A stretch of DNA of 64,000 nucleotides from NCBI GenBank assembly GCA_027604505.1, contig JADIIX010000036.1:62001-126000 (forward strand). The letters are read 5' to 3'. Under the pieces are notes generated by a model. It was not told the origin of the DNA. It was given only the letters and a program-made list of their open reading frames with translations, and did not search any database. A program made the position numbers and the translations under genes. How positions within the stretch are numbered: the stretch's first letter is position 1; each line of letters begins with the position of its first letter. This document shows, piece by piece, positions 51,479-64,000 of the stretch. The DNA comes from Gonapodya sp. JEL0774 (lineage: Eukaryota).

Positions 51479-53395
51479 CTAAACATGCGCGGCAATAAGC
51501 TGAGAGGGCACAACGGACTTTCAAAAGCGAGTTGAACCTTATTTGCAAGAAATTAAGGACTGACCCTTTGAAGCTCGTCCTTCAGAACATCGCAATAGAG
51601 TTGCAGTGGAAGGCTTGAGAACGAAGTCGACGCAGTTGAGAACAAACAAAAACCAAGAACAGAAAACAATGACTCACTCGTTGGGATCTGATTTTAAAAG
51701 AACCACATCGAGACAAATGTGCATGAAGGTACAGGGGTGGTCAGTAGCCGGCCAAGCTCAAAACTGACAAGGAGGATCCCTCACCATCGCTGTTCAAGAG
51801 AAGTGAGAAGTTCGAAATTGAGGTAAAAAGTAGGACATGCGAGTCAAATCTGATGATTCGATCACTTACCCGAAAGGCATCTAGATATATGCAGGGAAGG
51901 AAAAGAACGAGATGATATAACCGCGCCAATGAATGACGTGTGCGTCTTATCCCACCTCCAATTGCTTGGCAATCATCTCTATACCCAATAGACAATACGA
52001 AACCAGCCCAACGACCAAAATCATCCACCAACCAAGGTCTTTGCTCAGCTGTATGGGTAGGAATGCGCAATACGCTAGGAGGAGCTGCTTAAGGTGGATG
52101 TTGTAGGCAGGCGGTCTTCAAACCAGAGTTAAGATTTGATATATCGCTCGGGACGGATCCACAAAAATCTGCCCTCACATGGGTGTTGTAGCGATGCGCT
52201 CCAACGTTGTCGTTGCATCCACTATGTTTGAAATCAAACCATCGCAACCATTGGTGTATGGACCGAGATTCATTAGTTTCTGATCCAGACAGTATGCAAA
52301 ATGTTTGGACAGAGCTTGGAGGATGCGGACTGCGGTGGAAAAGAGGAACATGCCAATCAATAACTACAGAATGCTCAGTGAAGATCCATCGACGACTTAC
52401 AAGGCATTCGGTGTGGGAAAATCTTGACAACCTTGACCGGTTTTCCATCTACATTGCTATCTTCAGTGGCCGGAGCAGCTTGAGCCACAGGATGTGCCGC
52501 AGTTACGACAAGATCAATGTGGTCCGAAGCAAGCGCACTGTTTGTTCGAAGTAGATTCAGAAGAGGAATGTTCGAAGGTAGCGGAACAACATCCATGACG
52601 TCGTCCATGTCCTTCCAATCCTCGGGGTGATGTTCTTTGCGGCACAGGTCAAGAAATAGCTACGACACCGCACCAACCCGTTCAAAAGAACCTACCACCA
52701 CGAAGGTAGTGCCTTAAAGAATAAGCAAAGGCCACAGTAAGCTTGTATGCCTTTGTTATTGCGGCATTGCCTGCCTCTGATGGGTTAACGGTGAGACCCG
52801 TCACGAATAGTCGAGTCATGTTCCGAAGTTGCGAAGTGATGGCTGCCCAAGTCTTTCTGCCCTCGCTATATCGTTCGTACGCTTGAGAAGAGCGAAACGT
52901 TACGAGGAGACCGAGAACAACACTGAGCTTTATGAAACAGGAACGATAAGACGAGCGTGAGCTGGTGCGATCCACCTGAAGCACGCATACCAAAGTTATC
53001 AGCGAATTGGGCAAGACTATCTGCAAGGTCGTATATCGGTTGATCACAGCGATAACGGTGGTCCATATGACCAGGACAATAACGGATCCCAGCTTTTGAT
53101 CGTGTGGATACGTGTGGGCCTTCGTTCTCAAAATCGCGACGAACAGCACTTACCACTTGAAATGTCACGGAACCCCGGTGACTCAAGGCTTCAATCCAAA
53201 GATTCTAAAATGTCAGAGGGTTGGTGTGGTTTCATTTGTAGGGAAAGCAAATGTAGAACGGTCACGTTGAGAAGGAAGCCTTCAGCAATTGAAAGGAGGG
53301 AGCTCGGCAAACGCTGTGCGTACACGGCGACGACTCCGTAGACGTTCCCGCGCAGGATAAGCAATCAGATCAGTGTGGTCGTGGTCTTTGTTCAT
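51479..53395 (-). CDS. Bestrophin/UPF0187-type anion channel, paralog B2
   Basis: LSVVLGLLVTFRSSQAYERYSEGRKTWA, LERIATTPM, and spliced EMPFGDDPNDLPLQLYC. Start inferred. Confidence 0.88.
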
Positions 53396-53558
53396 TATTT
53401 TTTTTGTCAATAGTCGATCTTTTAGTCTGCCACATGAAGCAGCCCTCGTCAATGGGGGCACCTCATTCCCTTTTAGACCCCTTCCACATCCACATCGTAT
53501 TTCAACCCCCGCGTCAAAGATTTCGTAGCAAGGATGCCCAATCCCAGCAATCGTCTCC

Positions 53559-55297
53559 ATGTTTTCGCTTCCAAGCAGGTCTGCTCGTGGGATACTGTTG
53601 AATCTCAAACACCAAGTTCATGTTACATTTTCTGTCCAGAGTTTGCTATCTGAGGCTCTGTCGATTGAAGGGAGCATATTACACCAAGTGGTATGTGTTT
53701 TCAGAGAAAAAAGATCTTTCGAAACTCTCTGGAACCACCCTCTGTGACCTAGCTTCCCTCTGTGCTCGTTATGACCGTTTGGGCTGCTTTAGTCGCCGTG
53801 TTAAATCGTTATACAGATCTTGGACTTCAGCTTCCTCAGTCGTTTGTGACTTTGGTGAGTGTGGGAAGTGAGACTGACTGAATCATAGTCACGAAGTGCC
53901 GCTGACAGGGTTAACGCGGTTTCTGTCACCACTGATATCGAGCCATATTTAATTTATCTGTTTATTCCCTCAGCTTGGAGTGGTTCTTGGTTTTCTTCTT
54001 TCTTTCAGGTCCGGTCAAGGATATGACCGATTCAGTGAAGGGCGACGAGCTTGGGGAAGCATGACAAGCAACCTCAGGAATCTAGTGCGCATTTATTGCA
54101 CGGTTTTAACGGTAGCCAAGACACCTGAAAGGGAAGAGATTGTCAGCAAAGTTGGAAAACTCGCATTGGGTTATGCTTATGCTGTGAAACACTATCTGCG
54201 CGCCGGTAAGAGCTGGTCGATATTGATTCACCTTGTCAGTGTTCAGGAACAGTGGTTTATCACCCGCAGAATATGACCCGTCTGAGTGGCCCGATCTTGC
54301 GGATGTTGCAGAGTATCTCCCCCTCGATCCGTATCCCGATTTCACCGAGGTGTACCTAAAACCAGATTCTAAAACGCTTGAACACAAAACGAATTATGAA
54401 AATCCTCGTCGGTTCCAGAGTGTGGACTACCCAGAGAAGTACACAGGTATCCCGATGGAAGCACCCTACGGCAAGCTCGATGCAAGATCACCCACTCTCT
54501 TGTTTTGGACGTAGTTCGAATCGCTCAAAGTCTTGGACGTATCAACAGTCAATGTTTGGAAAGAAATTGGTATCCTGCCGCCCCATACGGAGTCTCGATC
54601 GAAGCTCTCCTCACCGGTATTATAGATTCAATGACATCTCTTGAAAGGATCGCTATCTCACCAGTGTAAGTGTTATCATCTTGTTATCTGTAAACGTCGT
54701 GCATCCAACATCTTTTTTGCTGATGCCTGGTCAGCCCGAGAGCTTACAACATCCACCTCAAGCAGATCCTTTTGATTTACTGTGGTTTCCTCCCTATGCA
54801 GCTTATTCAAGGTATCGGATGGTGGATGGTACTGGTAGTGTTCCTTGTTTCGTACTGCTTACTCGGGATTGAAATGATCGCAAAGGAGCTTGAGATGCCG
54901 TTCGGGTGAGTGTAGCAATTCGACCAGTCCGAAAACTTATTTTCAATCAGTGGTATTTTGCAAAATCTCTTATGCCCATTATCTTGCGGAACTAAGATAC
55001 GGTAAGTGGAGCAGTCTTAACGATCCGCAGAAGAGGTCTTAATGCCACAGCAAACTATAATTTAATTCACTTCGAAATTTCAGACTATAATGAGTGAGTT
55101 GCAGGTGCTCTCTCAATATTACTGGGAGAACGACTTTGAGTATTTCATCTCATTTCACAAGCCTGGATCTGGATCTCTTCTGCGACACTCTACGGGACGA
55201 GATTGACACGGTAAGAGATGGATGCGCGTCTTAAACTTTGAAGTCGAGTAACTTCATTCTGTTGTTAACTGTTAAGATGCTTGCTTCATATGTATAG
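53559..55297 (+). CDS. Bestrophin/UPF0187-type anion channel, paralog B3
   Basis: LGVVLGFLLSFRSGQGYDRFSEGRRAWG, AYNIHLKQILLIY, and spliced EMPFGYDYNDLDLDLFC. Confidence 0.9.
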
Positions 55298-55464
55298 ATA
55301 CATCGCAAGCAGGAGCGATAATAGCTGCATTGCACTGAAATCACATATTAACACACAAATGCATATACCAATATATTAAGTTGATATTCGATATCGAGAG
55401 TCAGAGTGGTGCAAGAACGCCAAAGTCAAGTCATTCATCGGGCTCAATTTCCCTCCTTGCCCAT

Positions 55465-56936
55465 TCATGCAGAGAGAATTCCAGCCCTCAAAACCGTCCA
55501 CACAGCCGCAACCGCCCTTTCAGACAAGGACAATGCGTTCCACAATGCCAGGACACCCAGCCCTGCTCCGAAGACCGCAAACACTGAAAGTAGTGTCAAG
55601 GCCGCTGTTGCCCAATTCGGTAAAATGATCTTCCGTCCCAGGTCCAAATCAACACGTAATCCAATCCTAACAACGTTCCGCTTTGGACCACGGGACCTGA
55701 AAGATGCCTTTTGGTTGCTGTGCGCCTCATCAACTTTATCGGCAGAGCTCCCGTGGGTCAAGCCGCGGCGTTGCTCGACCTCAACTCGCGGTTTCCGATT
55801 ATCGCTGTTCGCTATTCGAATAGTGCGATGGTTGTGCCCATGCACGTGAAACGGAATGTGGGCAGATTTGGTTTCAAAGGGAGGGAACGTTGTAACTGCT
55901 GCAGTCAGAGGTAGATTACGTGTTGAGGGTGCACCGACCCCAAATGCCGCTTGCACGGCATCATCAGACTCTTCCAAGGAATCTGAATCATTTCCCTCGG
56001 TAAGATCAGTGTCTGAATAGATTGTGGACCCTGACAGATTGGTTCCCCTTCGACCCCGAGAATGGCTGCTATCCGAGATCAAGTACGGGGATGCATCGGC
56101 ACCTTGATAAGGTTGACGCGAAAGCTCAATGAAGGATATCGCTTCCTCCCTGCGGAGAAAGGAGGTGAGCAAATACTGGTGGCAATAGAGTTTGTGGAAT
56201 GTGAGTTCGCGGCTGGTACCTTTTGAGCATACACCCTGCGTTGCTGATTTCTCAACAAACCTTTTGCTCCTTCGTGCAGATTAACAACGCATTGGGTATC
56301 ACGAGCGCTGTGAGTTTCCTTTCGACGCTGACAATCTCAGCGGACGGAATCACTATATTGGTGAGATAGCCGCTTTTCTCGCAAGACTCCCATCATCAAA
56401 TGCACTGGTGACGATAACTTCTGTCATACTCACAGTAAACTAGAGTAGAATGCGATGAAGCTGTCAGTAACATAAAGCTTGCCCTGAATAAGAAGATCTT
56501 TCTGCAGTGCACAGACGAAATCTTCTACGAAAGTTGCTTTATAGGTATCCGGCAAATTAAATAGTTTCCGTATCTCCGCGATCTTTTTCACAAGAGTGGG
56601 TGAATCCACCAGCTGCTCGACGTCCACGTCTCTTGGGCCATTGATGGAGGACTGGTAGCGCCACGAAGGCCAAAAAGAAGAGTCCGTCCGTTCCATCGGT
56701 CGAGTTTCGGATGTCGGAGTGCTGACGCCATAATTGTCGTCTGGAGCCTTCTTCTCTTCTTCTTCGTAAGGAATGGAGCCTGCCTGGTCTTCCCCTGAAA
56801 TTGGCGTCGACTTTCCATTGCCTCGTCTCAAAGAAAATTTGCGAAGCATGTCTTTCTTCTTGGGGACGGAAATGTTCAGTGAAGTCCCATGTCTCCCCCG
56901 AAGCGAAATCCAGTTCTCGCGTCGCGAGCGAGTCAT
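55465..56936 (-). CDS. GRAM (PH-like) domain protein with C-terminal transmembrane helix
   Basis: FVEDFVCALQKDLLIQGKLYVTDSFIAFYSSLL-GYLTNIVIP..IVSVERKLTALVIPNAL..-YLLTSFLRREEA is a GRAM domain. TM segment WATAALTLLSVFAVFGAGLGVLALW. Confidence 0.85.
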
Positions 56937-57263
56937 TCCGCTCCGACCGACAGAGCCGCCTCATGTCGCACAAAATTTCAGTGTCCAATGGAAATCTAAC
57001 TAAGGAAAATCTCAGTCTCCTGCTAATTTCATTGCTGTTTACTTCACTGGGAACAAGCACTTCTTTGAACGCCCTGTCTCTTCCATAGTTTTATCAGTTC
57101 CCAGATGCGTTTCGTTGGGTGGGGAGCCCGAATGTGAAGAAGCGTGATGTTTATTTGGAAAGTTGGAAAGGAAGTCTATCAACAGTGTCTACTCTCTAAA
57201 ATCTTGAAACACGCTGTACAAATGGAAGAAAACAATTGTGTGTGTAGATTTGTCCTTCTTCTT

Positions 57264-59938
57264 TCAGTTCAGAAGAAAGTCCAGACCGATCCTCCTGGGT
57301 GCTGGTGCGTGAATCAGAACTTTCTCGTCTTCGATATCTCTCGGGCTAGAGGAAGTTTCCGCCACAGTCGTCAAAACACCGACATTCCGCAGTCCCAGGC
57401 CCGGACTGGCCTTGATCCTCGAACCAGGCCCCCACAATGCGGGTTCCACAGAGCTTGCGGGAGCAGTCGTGGCCGGAACCACTGACGTGAGTGGTGGAAG
57501 TGCAAACGTCCCCGGACTTGAGCTTCGGATCCTCGATACAGGGCTCAGACGCGAGTTGGCGGCAAGAACGGAGTCCGGACTCCGAACGGTGCCCGGTGTG
57601 CCCAGACCGGTGATGGGCGACGGCCCTGCATTGGCAATAGACGGTCTTCGAATCATGGCGGCTGCGACAAGATCATCGAGGCTGTGGTGGTTACGAGAAG
57701 GGAGGAGGGGCCCACCACTACTTTGCAAATGAAGTCAGAACACTGTTTCTTCCCTTCACCGATCGCTTGATGGACAACAAACCTTGCTGCAGTAGACAAA
57801 GACTCCGCACTTCCTACCCTCAACTTTAATCGTCCCTGACCACTTCCGCCGTCTGATCCCACGGACCCCGATGACAAGTCAGGACTCGGTGTGTGCGTGG
57901 GAACAGCGGGACTCGGCACTCTCGTGTACGAAATCTGAGGAGATGGAAGATGAAACTGCGTTTGGGGAAGCTGGGCGTTTGTCATGACACCTTGCATACT
58001 GCTGGCACCTGGACCCATGGGAGGACTCTGATACGGAGAGTACCTCAGAGCGTGTCGGAGTTGCAAGGCAGGAAGATTATTGGCATCTGTTCCTCCACCG
58101 GAAGCGTACAACGGGGATTTCGGCCGGTTAGAACCCCGCATATGGCCCATCGAGCTGGTCGGTCGTGGACGTGGGATAGGGGAATGAAGCGGCGAAGTGG
58201 AGCCCACTGGGGCCAATTGCATGTGCGATTGCGCTCGTCGGTTCGGTGCTTGTGGATCGAGATGGATAACACCAGGCCAGCTCCCGACCGTGGACCTCGG
58301 CTGTTGCTGCATGCTGTACTGTGCTTGGGACATCCCTAGGCTTGTCGCGCTACGTGAAGTCACGAGTGACATGGGCTCCGTGGCCGGTGCGGTTCCAGGC
58401 ACCAAGGGATAGTCTCCGTTGGTGGGTCCGTGGGAGGAATATGGAGATGCAACGTTCATCTTCACAGGAGTAACGGCGTGAGACCCTTGCTTCACAGAAG
58501 ATGATTGGCCACTGAGATGGCACCTTGGAGAATCGCGACCTGGCGCGAGACCTTGCTGGGGTAGGAACGGACCCGCAGACCCATTGACTGTTGGTGCAGG
58601 TGTCAAGCCGAGGGAAAGGGATCCCAGCCGTACGTCATGCAGCTCCTGTGCAGGTGTACCCCCTCCTACTCTATTGAAATCATCACCGCCACTACTGCTG
58701 CCAGGAGAAAGTGGGGTTGAGTTTACTCCGTGGTTGTCCTCGTCCACATCAGAGTCCGAGTCCATTATAAAGATACGACCTGACTCCGTGCGCGACACTC
58801 GCTGAGCGGTGGCACGCGTTTGAGGAGGCAGTGTCGGAAGTGGAGCTGACGAAAAGTGGTACCGGACCGGGAGAGGCTGGTCAATCTCCATCATGGAGTG
58901 AGGACGAGGAGGAGGAGGTGCAGGTGTAGGGTTGACCATGGTCCTGTGCACCATCAAATCAGGAGGAGACGCATTGCTCAAATCTGTCGCGCGACGTTGT
59001 CTCTTGTTGGGGACGATCTCATTATCAACATTCTCTTCCTCATGCTCGTGCACACCATGAGGAGGGTTCGGGCTGGAAGCACTGTCACTTCCGGCTGACC
59101 GGGATCCTTGCACTTCGCCCTTCGCTACCAACGCATCCCATACACGGTTAACGAATGTGCTGGTAACGCCGTCCGGATTGTTCCCAGTTTTGGCGAGGAC
59201 GGCGGTCCAGAGAGTTCGGAGATCTTCAGGCGTTTTGGCGAGACGTTTCAAGGAGCGGCACAGACGTTCGTGCGAGGGCTGCGAGTCAAAAGATTCAAGA
59301 GCCTTAATGGACCATGTTCGTTAGCATTGATGAGTTCGTTGCGATCTATTTTACGCTTGCAACCTACCTCCAGAACCTGCGCGCAGTCGATAAACCTGTA
59401 CACCTGCGCCCTGGAAATTTTCCATACCTCTCGAAAATATGCTTCGAGGCTGATGATCCAACAGGAAGAGCAAGAGCATCGATGTGACGGAGTCGGAGTG
59501 GGTGACAGTAGGATGCGTCATGCTGTGATACAATGTGGGCAAAGAATCACGTGCTCGCCCTCACCTTGGGGCTTTTGCTTTGTATAATTTTCCTTTCACA
59601 ATGGCATCTGCTGCCATGACAGTCTTCCGAAAACGCTCCTGCTTCTTAGAGTAGTCGTCGCGCGAGAGATAGTGGAACACCTGGGAATCAATTTGAGATT
59701 CCAAGAGAAGAAGCTCTTCTTCTCCTCCAGTTCCCATTGCTGTTCCTGAGCCCCCTAGACTTCTATCCATCTTGTCTGCTCCCACTTTGAGTGCAGGAGG
59801 GAGGGGATTGGATCCGACTGCTGGCACAGGGCTTTGAGCCACGTGTCGCATGTCGCCAGGGTTGAAATAGCTGAGAGGTCGAGCCAGCGGGCTGGCGCGG
59901 CCATGCTGGAAGTCCAAAAGTCCATGTGAGTCCATCAT
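57264..59938 (-). CDS. Putative transcription regulator: N-terminal HTH-like domain, long disordered region, C-terminal LDFLLN motif
   Basis: Exons 59938-59565, 59449-59368, 59302-~57783 and ~57720-57264. Spliced TVMAADAIVKGKLYKAKAPSLEAYFREVWKISRAQVYRFIDCAQVLEALESFDSQPSHERLCRSLKRLAK. Confidence 0.7.
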
Positions 59939-61157
59939 GATGAGGGAGCGGCGGACTGGTGCGATTCGGAATTTTTTCTGCACTAGGCGGTTTTGGAACC
60001 GATTCCGCGGCCAGAGATAAGGGCAGATAAGAGACGCAGACCCCCGGAACCAACAGACTAGGCGATGAGCAAAGGGTGTTCGCAAAAGGGGGGGGGTGGG
60101 CTCGTGGTCACTCTGTGCTGTCGACGGTGGTTCCTTATCGGTGTATAACCCACAAAAAGACGATGAGACTCCAAAACCACCCTGGGAGACTCCGGGGGAA
60201 AGGCAGGCTGATTACACCCGAGAGCAGGCTGTCTATTTGCTGGAGCGTAGATGGATCAGTGGCAAAATGGAAGAGTATTGCGATTTTTGTTGGAAGATTC
60301 AGCTTTGAGGATTCTTGTCTCAACACCCCCTCCGAACGATGCACCGAAACCCAAATAGCCGCTCTCACCGATTAAATTGCTTTCCCCTGTATAAAGAATA
60401 CCGAAGATACCAAAAAATATGACAACTACATAAAAAGTCAAGGTGCAGGAGTACAAGGCAACTTGTCCTGGTGCGTGGATTGACCAAGTGTCTCCCATGG
60501 GGTGGGCGGCCTTGCTCTTCCTGGAAAATTCGCATCCGTCACAATCCAATTAACTACCAAGAAATGTACCTCAAGTTATTGGATTACCGACAGTCAGTCC
60601 GAATTGGAATTTTATTTCTTGCCCATATGTTCTCTACCGCAAGTGTCACCCACTCCTAAATTCAGCCAAGCCCACCAGTTCAGCCACAACAGCAAAGAGA
60701 GAAAGTCTCTCGACAATCTTCAAAGGTCATAATATCGATGTGGTTGTGGTGATGCTCTTACCGACTTGATGGTCAAGAGATCCAGTTGGAGATTAGCAGA
60801 GCCAGTGGGAGCCGGCAGCGACTCGCCTTGTTAGTTGTCTTCCTTCCACCGTGACAGCACTGTTAGTGCGACCATATCCTGAACCAAGCAAACCCCATGA
60901 CATGTATCTGGCCATTTGGTTGGTCGTTGAATACACATGCCATAGGAGACTGTGGGAGATCTGACGAACCGGGGGCGCTCTCGCCGCACACAGCATGTCC
61001 AACATTGCATTGAAACTTTAAACAATTCTTTCTTTACTCAGTTATGACCGCTACTTTTACCGATGTTCAAATTCCTGTGCCCCGCCACTGTTTGCTATGC
61101 CGTTTTTAATGCAAAACCGCATCAGCAGTGGAACCAAACCCTCGGAAAGGCAGACCG

Positions 61158-62384
61158 ATGTTGCGTATCACTCAAAGCCTCGCCGCCGGCAGCTTCAAAT
61201 GTTCATTTGGAACAGGAATTCTCCCTCGAGGCAGAGGTTGGACGTTCTCTCCTGGATTGTCTTTGAAACTGTCCACAACCACCATTACCCACGACTCGAC
61301 ACCCCATTTCGAGTCCCATTCCAGAATCGCTCCATCTTCTTCTTCCAACTCCCTTGTCCGAATCGATGTCGATTCCAACTCCGGACTTGCTGTGTTGAAC
61401 CTCAACAACGGTCCTGTCAACTCAATGACGCCGGATTTTCTCAATGCAATTGCTGATACCGTACAGCAAGCTGGAGCGGGTTACCCGGACGTTGAAGGCG
61501 TGAAGGGATTGGTTGTCAGAAGTTCTCAGCGTGTCTTTTCAGCCGGACTGAACATTGGAGGAGTTGTTGGTGAGCCTGCAATTTACACTGCTTTACCTGC
61601 CTGAGATATTGCATTTTGTGATTCAATTATTCAGCAACTATGGTTCCCACCAACCAGACCCGAGTGACGAGTCACTCCGCCAGCTCAGCCTCGCACTACG
61701 ACGGTTCGTCCTAACTTTTCTGACCACACCACTGCCAACTGTAGCTGAAGTATCTGGCTCTGCTATCGCCGGTGGTGCTGTGCTCGCGATGATATGTGGG
61801 TTGATAACAAAAAAACAGTTAATCGCAAGTCGATCACCCTCCTCTTCCGACACCTGACACGGCATAGGTGACCAACGAGTGGTACTAGACAACCCGAAAC
61901 TTGTTATTGGGTTAAGTGAAACAGCAGTTGGATTGCCGCCACCACGGTTTGTAACCGCCCTTGCCGAGGACATCTTGGGAAAGCGAGTTGCATATCGCCA
62001 TTTGCTGCTGGGATCCTTGGTAAGAAGAAAAGAGAAGCGTTCACTTGCCAATACTGTCTACGGAAGCGTTGCTCATTGAATCTTTGCCTGTCCTGTCAGC
62101 TCTCCCCACGCGACGCTCTTGAGGCGGGGTACGTGGACGAAGTGGTGTCTGACGCCGCATCGCTCTCCACAGTAGCGCTTGCTCGGCTTGGTGAGCTTGC
62201 ACGGCTACCTGCTCACTCTCGGTACTCAGCGAAATTGCAGTTGCGCCGGAACGCAATCTGGGCTCTTGGAGAGGACGAGGAGGCGTTTGTGGCGGAAATG
62301 ACGGAGCTGGTTAAGGACCCGAGGTCTCAAGAAGCATTGGGCAAAGTGTGGGGAGAAATGCAAAAGAAGAAGAGTCAGAAGTGA
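61158..62384 (+). CDS. ECI1: Enoyl-CoA delta isomerase / crotonase-family protein, probably mitochondrial
   Basis: LAVLNLNNGPVNSM, VFSAGLNI, PLPTVAEVSGSAIAGGAVLAM, IGLSETAVGL, LSPRDALEAGYVDEVV. Confidence 0.85.
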
Positions 62385-62483
62385 AGCGTCAGAAGTGAAA
62401 CTCATACAAATTGTTGTATGCATCTGCTCGATCAACTCTCGGCCCGCAACACTCTTCATCAGTCCCAGTCGTCGTCCGCCACA

Positions 62484-64000
62484 ATGACAACGTTGCCGCA
62501 TACCCCTTCGCTCATTGTTTTCCACGGCCCAATCATCCATACACCCGCTCGAGGCTGCCTCGAAATCCTCACTTCCGCGATTCTGTGCTTGGACACAAGT
62601 GTATCTGGTCGAATCCTTTTCGTGAGACAGCTCGATCCGAGAGAGAGCGCGCGAGAATGTACTAAAAGAGAACTAGAAAAGTTTGGTGTTGGTCCGGATG
62701 TTGGATTCGAGTTTAAACCGTTGAGGAAGGGACAAATGTTGCTGCCAGGACTGATCGACACACATATCCACGCTCCACAAGTGGGTACGAGCGCGCGCCT
62801 ATTCCTCAGCTTTTCTTGGACTCACAAAGATGGATCGTGCAGTACCGGTTTGTGGGAGGAGCAACGGACAAACCTCTGATGGAGTGGTGCGTTTCTGTGT
62901 GACGGGTCGGACGGTGTCTTGCTACATTCATTGTACCATTCCAATTGAGTAGGCTTGGTCATTACACCTTTCCGACAGAAGCAAAACTGAAGGATCTTAG
63001 TTTCGCTCAAGAGGTGTACGGGAAACTTGTCAGACGCCTCCTCAGGTACAGAGTCGTTTGCTCGGTCTCCCAAGCTCTTCGAATGTTTTCGTTTTGAGTT
63101 GATTGCTTTTGACTCTTAGAAATGGGACTACGGCAGCGTTGTATTTTGCCACAATTGATTTGGAGCCAACAAAGTTGCTCGCAACAATATGCGGAGAATA
63201 CGGACAAAGAGCCTGCATTGGCAAGGTTGGTGTGTGATCATACTGCAGTCAACCGTTTTCGCTTCGAATTCAACTCATTGAGAAGTTCAACCGTGGTTGC
63301 AGGTCTGTGCTGATCAGCACTCACCTTCTTACTACATTGAAACCACAGCCGACTCGCTGTCTTCGACGGAGGCTTTTATTCAATTCGTACACGCGAAATG
63401 GCCCAAGGCGTCGCCTGATGGCCATCCCCTCATATATCCTGTTGTCACTCCACGTTTCACTCCCACTTGCTCACATCATCTCCTCGCCGGACTTGGGCGC
63501 CTTGCCACGCAGTATGACGTCCACGTACAATCACACATCTCAGAGTCTCTAGATCAGATCGCTTTTACTCGGTCATTGTATCCTGAGACCGAGGCACCAC
63601 ATTTCGGCTCGGATGCAGCAATTTTTGATTCGCATGGACTGCTCACGAAGAAAAGTGTCTGGGCACACGGTGTGCATCTTACCAAGAGGGACCTTGAGCT
63701 TATGGCTGGTAGAGGCGCGGCAGTTTCGTGCTGTCCGCTCAGCAACGTGTATTTTGCACACGGGAATTTGGACATTAGAAAATGTTGGGACGAAGGCGTG
63801 GATGTTGGGCTTGGCACGGATATCTCTGGGGGTCCCCTGACGACAGTGGTCCAGGCAATGAGGTGGGCAGTTGGGAACTCGAGACAATTGGAAGTTTCGG
63901 AAATGCTGGTGAACGGCGGGAAGCAGGAGCCGGGAACTAAGGAGTCTCCAGTTATCTCATGGAAGGACGCCTTTTATCTTGCTACACTTGGTGGTGCACA
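62484..64000 (+). CDS. GUD1: Guanine deaminase (amidohydrolase), multi-exon, truncated at the window end
   Basis: LLPGLIDTHIHAPQ, DKPLMEW..YTFPTE, NGTTAALYFATI, VTPRF, HISES, VGLGTDISGG, AFYLATLGGA. Confidence 0.93.

Noticed and set aside
1..64000. tRNA/rRNA genes, or prokaryotic operon/defence systems
   Set aside because: None was recognised by eye and the window is spliceosomal-intron-rich. tRNAscan-SE/Infernal would be needed to exclude small RNAs.

Overview
Gene-dense, intron-rich eukaryotic DNA. The short GT-AG introns, CBM18 and GH16 cell-wall genes and overall gene content suggest a fungus, probably an early-diverging or zoosporic one (inference). There is one assembly gap at 15354-15473. 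Recognisable genes: a GLOD4-like glyoxalase, a MYND-finger protein, a secreted 3xCBM18 + DPBB (expansin/loosenin-like) protein, a ThiF-family TCD1/2 tRNA dehydratase, a large multi-RRM protein, an LRR/RNI-like protein, a GH16, three bestrophin (UPF0187-type) paralogs, a GRAM-TM protein, an enoyl-CoA isomerase and a partial guanine deaminase. The main finding is a cluster at ~19.7-47 kb of five paralogous genes sharing an ~100-aa Cys/His domain that I cannot assign to a known family. Its approximate consensus is LLSAxEVG-x8-CPRxxCxH-x3-LKFxDLGW...D(I/L)RLVIQTCN-x7-CxxRFxxPxWW...IDYSxLxx(K/R)Lx(R/K)NG. The domain is followed by long low-complexity tracts and, in four copies, a shared YxPxxPF(T/S) motif and an acidic Trp-containing tail. 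This is a transcription-factor-like architecture, and the genes point inward on a gene with about ten RRMs. Other highlights: conserved 5-nt and 10-nt microexons that build the PFGxDxNDL motif in all three bestrophins, 11-nt microexons and a GC-AG intron in the CBM18 gene, and an intron-containing gene with a bacterial/phage-like HTH domain. All exon models were spliced by eye and have no transcript support.
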